From a virus (lineage: Duplodnaviria; Caudoviricetes), in IMG/VR virus record IMGVR_UViG_3300033076_000194, positions 1 through 28,819 of that record: a DNA stretch of 28,819 nucleotides, one strand, 5' to 3'. Numbering within the stretch: the first letter of the stretch is position 1; every line of letters begins with the position of its first letter. Positions 1 through 7,934 of this stretch are shown in pieces. Made by a program: the position numbers and the translations under genes. Below the pieces are notes generated by a model, which worked only from the letters and a program-made list of their open reading frames with translations, made no database searches and was not told the DNA's origin.

Positions 1-1
1 G

Positions 2-70
2 TTTGAACGCATCGTATTCGTCATCGGGCTAGTTGTTATCGCCCTCGACCTAATCTACTGGAGACCCTAA
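2..70 (+). CDS. 3' end of small membrane peptide (partial)
   Basis: Frame 2 reads FERIVFVIGLVVIALDLIYWRP-stop; hydrophobic helix; TAA overlaps the next ATG (TAATG). Confidence 0.7.
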   Translation, partial: FERIVFVIGLVVIALDLIYWRP

Positions 71-246
71 TGTTAATAATTGAACGAACTTCTAATGGCA
101 AGACCATGGTGGTCATGAAGAAAGACTGGCACCCGAATCGTATCGGGAAGGCTTATCAACGCCCACTACCTAACTACGTGGTGTCTGAGGATGCAGTAAA
201 TATCCAACGAGCATTTTTAGATTTCAAACCAAGGAAACAATCATGA
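70..246 (+). CDS. Hypothetical protein, 58 aa (not in ORF track)
   Basis: MLIIERTSNGKTMVVMKKDWHPNRIGKAYQRPLPNYVVSEDAVNIQRAFLDFKPRKQS; coupled by TAATG upstream and ATGA downstream. Confidence 0.75.
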   Translation: MLIIERTSNGKTMVVMKKDWHPNRIGKAYQRPLPNYVVSEDAVNIQRAFLDFKPRKQS

Positions 247-839
247 GCCACATGTACGAGATCGCAAGACAACTGCAAGCGCCCGGTGTGCAGACCACTG
301 CCACATTCAACCCTGCCCGCCTAGGCAAAACACTACGCAACATGACGCGCAAGAGTATTGCATCGGGCATCCACAACGGCGGGTGGTCAAGTAAGACTAG
401 AAGCGTGCGTGACTTGATCTTTAAATTAGCAGGCTATCGACCTAGTGTGTATGTGACGCAATACGCAGACTATCTGTCGTTCACGACACCACGCCCCATC
501 ACTGCCGATAACTTGTCCGAGATGATTGGCTTGCTTGAGGCGGACTGCTCCCTGCAGAAGATGGGATACGACGACATTGAAGAACGCAGATACAAACCCG
601 ATCGCGCAGAGCATTACAGAATCATTGGCCAACGACACGACCACAGCATAGCGAAGCTGAAGTTTGTTGAGCAAGGTAAAGCAAACAACTTGATCGTGCG
701 CAACGCCAAGCTCAGACAACAAATCGCTGAGGTATTTCTACGGGAACGTACAGTAGCGGAGATTGAGTTAGCCGAGTGCCTAGCTTCTTTACTAGACAAA
801 GACTGCGAATACAACATCCCAACTGACCACGCATTTTAA
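243..839 (+). CDS. Hypothetical protein, 198 aa
   Basis: AAGGA RBS before ATG; in line with operon; no recognised motif. Confidence 0.8.
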   Translation: MSHMYEIARQLQAPGVQTTATFNPARLGKTLRNMTRKSIASGIHNGGWSSKTRSVRDLIFKLAGYRPSVYVTQYADYLSFTTPRPITADNLSEMIGLLEADCSLQKMGYDDIEERRYKPDRAEHYRIIGQRHDHSIAKLKFVEQGKANNLIVRNAKLRQQIAEVFLRERTVAEIELAECLASLLDKDCEYNIPTDHAF

Positions 840-840
840 A

Positions 841-858
841 AATCTTAAGCTTAATACT
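841..858. promoter_or_regulatory. 18-bp palindromic site, copy 1 (AATCTTAAGCTTAATACT)
   Basis: Matches consensus AGTCTTAA-SS-TTAAGACT; ends just before the TAAGGA RBS of the vWA gene. Confidence 0.7.
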
Positions 859-873
859 TTTAAGGAATCAATC

Positions 874-2043
874 ATGAACGTACAAGACCGCATCAAGAAA
901 GCACACATTGCAATCATGCAACACAAAACATTCTGTGCGTACAGCGGTATCCTCGCATGTGGCAAGGTCAAGGTAACAGACGAAGTACCTACCGCAGCTA
1001 CCAACGGATGGGATGTTTTATACAACCCCAACTTCATCGAGCAGCACATGAAGTCTGACCCCGAGTTGCGTTTCCTTATCTTGCACGAGGCACAACACAA
1101 AGCCTATCGTCACCTCCAAGTGTGGCGTGTATTGCATGAGGAGAATGGGCAGTTGGCTAACATCGCGGCAGACTACTTCGTTAACTTGTCATTGCAAGAT
1201 ATGGATGCGGGTGAAGGTTTTGTGAAGATGCCTGCGCTTGGTATTCAGCCCGAGCCTAAGTACCGTGGATGGTCAGTCAAGCAGATCTTCGAAGACCTCA
1301 AGCAACAGATGCAAGATGGTAAGGGTAAAGGTAACGGTGACGGCGCGGGTATGGACGAGCATGACTGGGACGGTGCAACGGACGGCGACCCTACCAAAGA
1401 CCAAGAGAAAGCCAACGAGATTCAACGTGCCATTCGTCAAGGCGAGATCGTGCGTCGCAAGATGGCAGGCAAAGGTGCGGGTAATGCAGACGGTGTGTTC
1501 GGTGACTTGATACAACCCAAGATCGACTGGAAGAAAGTGTTGCGTGAGTTCATCACCGAGACATGCGCAGGTCGTGACGAGTCATCATGGCGCAAGCCCA
1601 ACCGCAGATTCATGGCGGAGGATGTGTATATGCCCTCTATGTTTGGCACTACTATGACGGAGCTTGTTATCGGCTTCGATACTTCGGGCTCATGTTTCGG
1701 TGGCACTGAGATGACTGCGTTTGTGTCCAACATCAAAACAATTATTGAGGACGTCAAGCCAAGCAAAGTTCATGTGATCTATTGGGACACTGAAGTAGCG
1801 GGTCATCAGACATTCGAGGAAGGTCAGTTCGCAGTACAGGACTTGAAACCTAAAGGCGGTGGCGGCACCGATGGTGCTGTGTTGTTTGACTATCTGCGTG
1901 AGAACCGTATCACTCCCCAAGCCATTGTGCAGTTTACCGACGGTTATGTAGGTGACTGGGGTAACACCAATGTGCCCACCTTGTGGGCTGTGACTACTGA
2001 TATGAAAGCACCGTTCGGCACGACTATTCAAGTCGAGGTGTGA
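874..2043 (+). CDS. vWA-domain protein with N-terminal zincin metallopeptidase (DUF2201-like)
   Basis: PTAATNG, LHEAQH (HExxH), NIAADY, SWRKPNRR, MIDAS DTSGS, GGGGTD and FTDGY motifs. Confidence 0.88.
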   Translation: MNVQDRIKKAHIAIMQHKTFCAYSGILACGKVKVTDEVPTAATNGWDVLYNPNFIEQHMKSDPELRFLILHEAQHKAYRHLQVWRVLHEENGQLANIAADYFVNLSLQDMDAGEGFVKMPALGIQPEPKYRGWSVKQIFEDLKQQMQDGKGKGNGDGAGMDEHDWDGATDGDPTKDQEKANEIQRAIRQGEIVRRKMAGKGAGNADGVFGDLIQPKIDWKKVLREFITETCAGRDESSWRKPNRRFMAEDVYMPSMFGTTMTELVIGFDTSGSCFGGTEMTAFVSNIKTIIEDVKPSKVHVIYWDTEVAGHQTFEEGQFAVQDLKPKGGGGTDGAVLFDYLRENRITPQAIVQFTDGYVGDWGNTNVPTLWAVTTDMKAPFGTTIQVEV

Positions 2044-2044
2044 G

Positions 2045-2329
2045 ATGCGATACCACCTACAAAAGAATTGGTTTGCTCAACACAGCAGAGAGCTGTGGGT
2101 ATGGGCGCTGTATGTTAAAGACACTAAGTGGGATGACTACGAAGATGCGGCAAACATCTACGCCAAAGACCGCGATGGACCGTTCAATGTTTCGGTGTGG
2201 AATTGGGTAGACCGTGAGTACGCGCACTACGGGGATATCAAACGTCTGAAAGACGCAAAGACAATGGGTAAGCTACTGGCGGGCATGATGTTCGTTAACT
2301 ACCCATACACAAAAGAACGAGACTATTAA
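2045..2329 (+). CDS. Hypothetical protein, 94 aa
   Basis: GAGG RBS; starts 2 nt after the upstream stop; Trp-rich. Confidence 0.75.
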   Translation: MRYHLQKNWFAQHSRELWVWALYVKDTKWDDYEDAANIYAKDRDGPFNVSVWNWVDREYAHYGDIKRLKDAKTMGKLLAGMMFVNYPYTKERDY

Positions 2330-2339
2330 CCTTAAGACT
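2322..2339. promoter_or_regulatory. 18-bp palindromic site, copy 2 (ACTATTAACCTTAAGACT)
   Basis: Consensus match; contains the upstream stop codon and ends 2 nt before a GGAG RBS. Confidence 0.7.
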
Positions 2340-2351
2340 TTGGAGAATATT

Positions 2352-2630
2352 ATGGATTGGTTTTTTAATTGGTTAGGTAAAAAGATTCGTCGTGCAGATC
2401 AAGACGTTAAGTTGAGTCGGGCGGTTATTTCTGCTAACCACATCGGGAGCACTGCCGTGCCGTCAACACGGCGTGTAGAACTGATTAAAGCAATCAACGG
2501 CAATTTGATTGAAGTGTGGACACGCCCGTCAGCACAACATGATTGGAAATCCGAGGTGTATATCGTCAAGGACGATGAGTCCGTGGCAGATGCTATTGCA
2601 ACCGTGCTAGTCGTAACCGGAGGTGTGTGA
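2352..2630 (+). CDS. Hypothetical protein
   Basis: ATG 2352 follows GGAG at 2342-2345, so preferred over TTG 2340. Confidence 0.75.
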   Translation: MDWFFNWLGKKIRRADQDVKLSRAVISANHIGSTAVPSTRRVELIKAINGNLIEVWTRPSAQHDWKSEVYIVKDDESVADAIATVLVVTGGV

Positions 2631-2631
2631 C

Positions 2632-2997
2632 ATGGGATACAGATCAGATGTAGTGGCGCTTATTTACCCTGTGAGTGGGGCAGAGTGCTTGTCGGATTAC
2701 AACAAACTCAAGCTCCTGATGAACACAACATTCAAGGACTTGCTTGAAGTATGGGACAAGGATTTTGAATGGGACGACAAGCATCGTGCGTTGAAGTTTT
2801 CCGTTGAGCATGTGAAGTGGTACGACGGATTCCCTGAAGTTGAACGGTTTGGTAAGTTCCTAAGCGATATAGAAGGCCTTGACTACGAGTACGAGATCAT
2901 TCGTGTTGGTGAAACAGACACAGACATTGAGTACGACAGCACTGGTGATGCGCAAGGGTATCTGTCTGTGCGCAGAGAGATCGAGGTGTCGTTTTGA
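2632..2997 (+). CDS. Hypothetical phage protein (MGYRSDV...KWYD...RVGE type)
   Basis: GGAGGT RBS upstream of ATG 2632; acidic; motif pattern recalled from phage early genes. Confidence 0.8.
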   Translation: MGYRSDVVALIYPVSGAECLSDYNKLKLLMNTTFKDLLEVWDKDFEWDDKHRALKFSVEHVKWYDGFPEVERFGKFLSDIEGLDYEYEIIRVGETDTDIEYDSTGDAQGYLSVRREIEVSF

Positions 2998-3323
2998 TAC
3001 AGCACAACATTGAAGAATACGAGTGGGTCGAGGAAAACTTCGACGACTGGCGGTTGAAGCACAAGAAACGTGACGTGGCCATCGCTCGAGTAGCCCACTT
3101 TGGTGGGTGGACTGTACAGATACAAGGCGAAGACCCGCTACCAATGAAGGTTGACTCGCTTGATGCAGCAAAAACAATCGCAATGATTAACGCAACAGCT
3201 AACTTTGAAAGTTTTAACAATGCATACCATTACCCCCGAAGAGTTGAAAAAATTACATCCGAAAAGATTCGAGAAAGAGTATTACAACTGGATGGAGTAC
3301 GCAACGCATCCCGACTGGGCTGA
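2994..3323 (+). CDS. Hypothetical protein
   Basis: TTG start overlapping the upstream TGA, GAGGT RBS; 3' end overlaps the next gene by about 100 nt. Confidence 0.65.
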   Translation: MIQHNIEEYEWVEENFDDWRLKHKKRDVAIARVAHFGGWTVQIQGEDPLPMKVDSLDAAKTIAMINATANFESFNNAYHYPRRVEKITSEKIRERVLQLDGVRNASRLG

Positions 3324-3855
3324 CTGGATTAAAGAAGACTTTGAAGCCGAGATGAAATGCGTGGGTATCCACGTGGATAACTTTTGGTGGGATGTCTCGT
3401 ACTCGCAAGGTGACGGTGCAAGTTTTGACGGTCATGTGAAGGTGCATGAGTGGATGGCGGACACCAAAGCTAAGGACGATCAAACTTATGCGGAACTATA
3501 CCCAGCCTTGTACCTTGCGTGCAAACAGGACGGTAGCTACATAAGTGTAAGCACAAGAAATCGTGGGCACTACCTAAGCTTTTCGTTTAGCGAATCGTGG
3601 TGGGGCACTGACCCCGAAGGTATCTTCACGGGCTTGGACAAGGATGCGTGGGATGCGTTGGTTGAAGACCAAGCTGACTCTGCTGATCTTGAGGACGAGA
3701 TTCGAACCGTATGTGAAAGGTTCATGAAAGATATGTATTGCAAACTAAGGGATGAATATGAAGAAATTACTAGCGAAGATGCGTTTGTGGAGTCATGCGA
3801 AATCAACGGAATTACCTTTGAAGTCGAAGGAGAAGACGATCATGTTGCAGCTTAG
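3220..3855 (+). CDS. Highly acidic hypothetical protein (YSQGDGASF motif)
   Basis: ATG 3220; SQGDGASFDG and LRDEYEEITSEDA motifs; about 49 D/E vs about 19 K/R by hand count. Confidence 0.8.
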   Translation: MHTITPEELKKLHPKRFEKEYYNWMEYATHPDWADWIKEDFEAEMKCVGIHVDNFWWDVSYSQGDGASFDGHVKVHEWMADTKAKDDQTYAELYPALYLACKQDGSYISVSTRNRGHYLSFSFSESWWGTDPEGIFTGLDKDAWDALVEDQADSADLEDEIRTVCERFMKDMYCKLRDEYEEITSEDAFVESCEINGITFEVEGEDDHVAA

Positions 3856-4105
3856 AGTTGGGGCGCATGAGTTCCTGCTGACGCCCGAGAAGTTGGGTGT
3901 GATTATGGGTGCGGTGAAGGGGTGCGAGGTGATGAGTGAAAAGCATGTAGGCACGGACAAGGGTACGCAAGGGTATTCGAATTCGTATGTGCCACTTGTG
4001 TTTACGCCCAAGCAATTATCCGAAGTTCTCAAATGCCAGCCCGTAGACCAAGACTACATCGACACGGTCAAACTCACGATGAAACTCAATGACTATAAAC
4101 CCTAA
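3842..4105 (+). CDS. Hypothetical protein
   Basis: ATG 3842 preceded by AAGGAG. Confidence 0.75.
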   Translation: MLQLRVGAHEFLLTPEKLGVIMGAVKGCEVMSEKHVGTDKGTQGYSNSYVPLVFTPKQLSEVLKCQPVDQDYIDTVKLTMKLNDYKP

Positions 4106-4409
4106 CAAGTGGGCGAACCTGCCCGTCAACGACTACACCCTTCGCATGGAGGCAAACTTTCGGTGGCAACACAACACTGACGGTGGTATCACATTGCAAG
4201 AAGAGATGGTTGCATACGTTCACGATGGTGGGGCACGTCCACACCGGATGCACATTAACTGGATGTCCGTAGCTAATGTGTACAAAGCCAAACGAGGCAA
4301 CCGTTTTATAGCGGAGGTCAACGGCTATCCGAAACTATTTAGTTTTCACACACTGCGCGAAGCCATGCGAATGGCTAAGTTTTTATATCAAACCAAATCA
4401 AAATCTTAA
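4089..4409 (+). CDS. Hypothetical protein, 106 aa
   Basis: ORF fills the gap between coupled neighbours on the same strand. Confidence 0.7.
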   Translation: MTINPNKWANLPVNDYTLRMEANFRWQHNTDGGITLQEEMVAYVHDGGARPHRMHINWMSVANVYKAKRGNRFIAEVNGYPKLFSFHTLREAMRMAKFLYQTKSKS

Positions 4410-4419
4410 GGTTAAGACT
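4402..4419. promoter_or_regulatory. 18-bp palindromic site, copy 3 (AATCTTAAGGTTAAGACT)
   Basis: Consensus match; contains the upstream stop and ends 3 nt before ATG 4423. Confidence 0.72.
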
Positions 4420-4422
4420 ATC

Positions 4423-5349
4423 ATGAACTACTACACAACTGAAACACAAAAGCCTATTGCAGGCGTCGCTCGTTCCGCCATGATGGTGGACTTAAACATC
4501 GCAGTCTACTCGGGTCGCAAGCAAGACAAGAGTACGCAAGCCGAGGTGACTAACGCCAAGGGGTCAGGCTCTAAGAAGGCGGCGTCTGTATATAAAAATC
4601 TTTTTGCCGAGTGCAAGGAGTTAGACGCAATCACCAAGTTCCAAGCACGTGCACGTGCCGAGCACTACAAACTCACACTGCCATGGAACGACCAAGGTGC
4701 AAGGCTTCTGCCCACTGCTGCTTTGATGGACTACCAACAAGTCATGAACCGTTACAAGCAAGAGTTCGACCGCCTCGTTGATGCGTTCCTCGACAAGTAC
4801 GACACACTGGTGGCAGGGGCGGCGTTCCAACTCGGTACATTGTTTGACCGCAACGAATACCCAAGCAGGGCTAAGGTCGCACAGCGTTTCCGTATGGAGA
4901 CATCGTTCACTCCGTTGCCTACTGGGGGTGACTTCCGCCTTGACATTGAGAGTGAAGTTCAACGCCAACTGATCGCAGACTACGAAGACAAGCTTGATGC
5001 CAAAATCAAGGCAGCCAACCAAGATTCATGGACTCGTTTGTATAACGCTATCAGTAAGCTCAGTGATCGCTTGACTGTTGATGAGGACGGCAAGAAGCGT
5101 ACGTTCCACGACACCACCGTGACCAATGCCGTTGAGTTGTGCGAGTTGTTGCATGTGATGAATATTACTGGCGATCCTGCGTTGACGAAAGCTGCGCGTA
5201 AGCTTGCGGAAGTATTATCTGGCGTAACACCTAAAGAATTACGCGAAGAAGATAGCACTCGTGCATTAACCAAGCAGAAGGTGGACGAGATTCTTGGAGC
5301 ATTTGACTGGGGGGTCGATGATGGGAGCAGTGAAGAAGTCGCTGAGTGA
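4423..5349 (+). CDS. Helical phage early protein, DUF3150-like
   Basis: HYKLTLPWNDQGARLLP, LFDRNEYPS and coiled-coil C-terminus; this type of gene is commonly found with vWA/AAA genes in phage early regions (family call from memory). Confidence 0.7.
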   Translation: MNYYTTETQKPIAGVARSAMMVDLNIAVYSGRKQDKSTQAEVTNAKGSGSKKAASVYKNLFAECKELDAITKFQARARAEHYKLTLPWNDQGARLLPTAALMDYQQVMNRYKQEFDRLVDAFLDKYDTLVAGAAFQLGTLFDRNEYPSRAKVAQRFRMETSFTPLPTGGDFRLDIESEVQRQLIADYEDKLDAKIKAANQDSWTRLYNAISKLSDRLTVDEDGKKRTFHDTTVTNAVELCELLHVMNITGDPALTKAARKLAEVLSGVTPKELREEDSTRALTKQKVDEILGAFDWGVDDGSSEEVAE

Positions 5350-5701
5350 CATTCAGTTAGAGAGATTGGATGAGTTGGCAACGGTACCTAAAAAATCCCG
5401 AGAGTTTGCTGACGCACTAAAACAAATGTCACTAACCCTTGGGTACAACAAACAGGACGATATGTACGAATGTAGATACGAAGAATCACGAGGGGAATAC
5501 ATCCTCAAGCGGTGGCGTGACGGCCACGAGGAGGCCACACGTGGCAAGGTATACGCCCTACCTGACTGGATGGAAAAGATCAGGGGCGTGGCAATCGTAG
5601 GTGGGCATCTCAAGAAAGTACATGTGCCACCACCTGACAACATCGTATGGTTTACAACTGACGACGACGGAAACTTACTTAACTTTATGGAGCTTAAATG
5701 A
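5318..5701 (+). CDS. Hypothetical protein
   Basis: ATG 5318/5321 after GGGGG; stop coupled to next ATG (ATGA). Confidence 0.7.
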   Translation: MMGAVKKSLSDIQLERLDELATVPKKSREFADALKQMSLTLGYNKQDDMYECRYEESRGEYILKRWRDGHEEATRGKVYALPDWMEKIRGVAIVGGHLKKVHVPPPDNIVWFTTDDDGNLLNFMELK

Positions 5702-5889
5702 ATTACGACAACCTGACTGACGAAGAACTAATCCGATACGCCGACGGGCATTCGGGTTTGATAAAGGTGCTGAGCGAGCGCCTAGAGATGCGACTGCGTG
5801 ATGTAGAAGATTTAATTCAACACATGCCTGACGCCAACCCTAAACAACTCAACCTATTCGAGGATGACGATGCCGGACATTCAAACTGA
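5698..5889 (+). CDS. 63-aa protein with C-terminal QLNLF beta-clamp-binding-like motif
   Basis: GGAG RBS; LTDEELIRY helix, short coiled coil, then PKQLNLFEDDD. Confidence 0.75.
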   Translation: MNYDNLTDEELIRYADGHSGLIKVLSERLEMRLRDVEDLIQHMPDANPKQLNLFEDDDAGHSN

Positions 5890-6367
5890 AATGAAAAAAA
5901 TAATGCAAGCTTGGGAACAACCTGTAACAACTCAACAACCACCAAAGGACACACCTATGTTTACTAAAACAATCGGCGTAAGTGAAGCAACATTTAGCAT
6001 TGTGCGCGACCAACCGGGTCTGCCTAAGAAAGAATACATCCAACTGCTAGAGCGCAAAGGATTTAAGAAGGCGTCAACGTCATCTATCCTCAGTCAGATG
6101 ATTAAGCAAGGGCATGTATGGGTCGATAGCTCGGGGTTCCTGCGCCCGAACAGAACCGAGTACGCGCCGATCAAAGCAGCAAGTTCGTTTAACAAGAAAG
6201 CCAAGAAGGTGAAAAGTATTAAGGTTAAGACTTCTGAGCCTGCGAATGTCGAAGTACCAACACCCTCTACCGACCGTGATGAAGTGCAACATATCATGAA
6301 CACCATCAGCTTGCCTGATGCCAAGCGTTTGCATAAGACGCTTAATGACTACTTCGGCTCTGTATGA
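5870..6367 (+). CDS. Putative winged-helix DNA-binding protein
   Basis: GAGG 6 nt before ATG 5870; TFSIVRDQPGL...STSSILSQMIKQGHVWVD fits a wHTH pattern; Lys-rich linker follows. Confidence 0.6.
   Translation: MPDIQTEMKKIMQAWEQPVTTQQPPKDTPMFTKTIGVSEATFSIVRDQPGLPKKEYIQLLERKGFKKASTSSILSQMIKQGHVWVDSSGFLRPNRTEYAPIKAASSFNKKAKKVKSIKVKTSEPANVEVPTPSTDRDEVQHIMNTISLPDAKRLHKTLNDYFGSV
6215..6232. promoter_or_regulatory. 18-bp palindromic site, copy 4 (AGTATTAAGGTTAAGACT), intragenic
   Basis: Consensus match inside a CDS, encoding SIKVKT. Confidence 0.68.
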
Positions 6368-6558
6368 AAGCAAAAGCCATACTGGAGTTCGAGTACCCTG
6401 ACGATGAGGACGCACTGCTGTTCGCATTGAAAGGCCAAGCAATGTACAAGGCGTTGGCAAGTATCAAGATGGTCATGTCTGCGCCCTACACCAAGGCTGA
6501 GATGGTCAGCCAAGTTAAAACCGTACTTAACGAAATCTTTGAGGAGCTAGGGGAATGA
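6364..6558 (+). CDS. Hypothetical protein, 64 aa (MKAKAILEF type)
   Basis: ATGA coupling at both ends. Confidence 0.75.
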   Translation: MKAKAILEFEYPDDEDALLFALKGQAMYKALASIKMVMSAPYTKAEMVSQVKTVLNEIFEELGE

Positions 6559-6761
6559 AGCCCAAAACTAAACGCATCACCTTGCCTGTGTCCGAGAGCA
6601 TCGACGAGATACGAGATGAGCTTGCAAAAGACACTGGTATCCGTATGACATACAGCCAAATACTAAACTACTTGGTTCACTTCTACTTGGTGCGAAAGCA
6701 TCAACCACTACCGCACTTAGCGTCAAGCACAAAACCAATCACACAGTGGAGGGGTAAATGA
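6555..6761 (+). CDS. Small protein, possible ribbon-helix-helix
   Basis: GAGGAG RBS; KRITLPV beta strand followed by two predicted helices. Confidence 0.6.
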   Translation: MKPKTKRITLPVSESIDEIRDELAKDTGIRMTYSQILNYLVHFYLVRKHQPLPHLASSTKPITQWRGK

Positions 6762-6853
6762 CTTGGCCCTTTCCGCCATTCCCAAACCCCAAACACAAAG
6801 ACCAACGCAAAGCTAAGTTCAACCCTGAAAACGAAGAGGACGCACCACTGTGA
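6758..6853 (+). CDS. 31-aa peptide MTWPFPPFPNPKHKDQRKAKFNPENEEDAPL (not in ORF track)
   Basis: GGAGG RBS; ATGA overlap upstream and GTGA overlap downstream; exactly fills the gap. Confidence 0.8.
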   Translation: MTWPFPPFPNPKHKDQRKAKFNPENEEDAPL

Positions 6854-7098
6854 AAGACATCAACATAACAATGTACACAAAGGCTAACTGCCCCAACTGT
6901 GTGACAGCCAAGCTGATACTGGATGCAGCGGGGCTGAAGTATGCCGACGTTGACATCGAGGTAGGTGCGCGACTGGCTAACCTACTGAAAGAGTTTCCTG
7001 ATGCACGTCAGATGCCTCAGATTTTTATCAACGACCAACGCGTGGGTGGGCTTGCAGGCTTACAGAAAGCGCTTGGACAACTGGGGATTTTGGTATGA
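6850..7098 (+). CDS. Glutaredoxin
   Basis: MYTKANCPNC active site and QMPQIFINDQRVGG motif; GTG start with GAGGA RBS. Confidence 0.92.
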   Translation: MKDINITMYTKANCPNCVTAKLILDAAGLKYADVDIEVGARLANLLKEFPDARQMPQIFINDQRVGGLAGLQKALGQLGILV

Positions 7099-7328
7099 CC
7101 AGAGAAGACATTATTCGCATGGCATTAGAGGTGGGTCTGCCTCATTGGTATCACACCGATGGAATCGTGAATGAAGAACGTGTGATTGCGTTTGCCAACC
7201 TTGTCGCTTCTGCCGAGCGTGAGGCGTGTGCAAAGATTGTTGAAGAGAGCAGTCTGCCTGATGCGTACAGCGAACCTGTATTGCTTGATATAGCCGACGA
7301 CATCCGAGCAAGGAAAAACAATGACTGA
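7095..7328 (+). CDS. Hypothetical phage protein (EREACAK type)
   Basis: MTREDIIRMA...FANLVASAEREACAKIVE...IRAR; coupled start. Confidence 0.8.
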   Translation: MTREDIIRMALEVGLPHWYHTDGIVNEERVIAFANLVASAEREACAKIVEESSLPDAYSEPVLLDIADDIRARKNND

Positions 7329-7578
7329 AAACAAAGCACTCAACCCGTGGGAAGAATTAGCGCAAGTTGATCGCCCAAGTATTTTCTTAGCTGACCCGTA
7401 CTTCCGTGCCAAGCAATCAACCGGCACAGTCAAAAGTGAAGAAGGTCTAGGCTACAAACAGTTCGGCACGTACACACGAGCCAAAGAAAGAATCCCAAAC
7501 AAACACGAGAAGTCACCCGAAGATGCCACGCCCAAAGCCCCCCGCCCCCCTAAAGGTACGATACGTACGTTTAACTGA
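7321..7578 (+). CDS. Hypothetical protein, 85 aa
   Basis: AAGGA RBS; 3' end overlaps the next small ORF. Confidence 0.65.
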   Translation: MTENKALNPWEELAQVDRPSIFLADPYFRAKQSTGTVKSEEGLGYKQFGTYTRAKERIPNKHEKSPEDATPKAPRPPKGTIRTFN

Positions 7579-7702
7579 TAGACACTGGATGATACTCAAA
7601 CAGCTTGGTGGTATGGATTGGTTGAGGGCAACCCTCGACAAGAAAGCGCCCATGCCCAAGGGCTACTATGACAAACTTTTACAGGAGCAAAAAAATGATT
7701 GA
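7523..7702 (+). CDS. 59-aa possible RHH-like protein (not in ORF track)
   Basis: MPRPKPPAPLKVRYVRLTDRHWMILKQLGGMDWLRATLDKKAPMPKGYYDKLLQEQKND; fills the 7578-7695 gap; strand-helix-GG-helix pattern. Confidence 0.7.
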   Translation: MPRPKPPAPLKVRYVRLTDRHWMILKQLGGMDWLRATLDKKAPMPKGYYDKLLQEQKND

Positions 7703-7934
7703 ACGCGCAGATGACATGCAAGTTAGCGGTACCCACTACAAAGACATGGCGATACAGCCGTGGACAGTTATGGAAGCTGTGTTGACCCCCGAAGAATTCC
7801 GTGGGTTTTTAAAAGGCAACATCATCAAGTACGCCATGCGTCAAGGAAAGAAAGAAGGCAGCGACGATGCAGGCAAAGGAATGCACTACTGGCAAAAACT
7901 AGCCGAGGTGACAAATGGCAACGCCCGAAGCTAA
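7695..7934 (+). CDS. DUF3310 protein (T7 gp1.7-like nucleotide kinase domain)
   Basis: QVSGTHY, EEFRGFLKGNIIKYAMR, GKK..DD..K..HY; AGGAG RBS before ATG 7695. Confidence 0.85.
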   Translation: MIERADDMQVSGTHYKDMAIQPWTVMEAVLTPEEFRGFLKGNIIKYAMRQGKKEGSDDAGKGMHYWQKLAEVTNGNARS

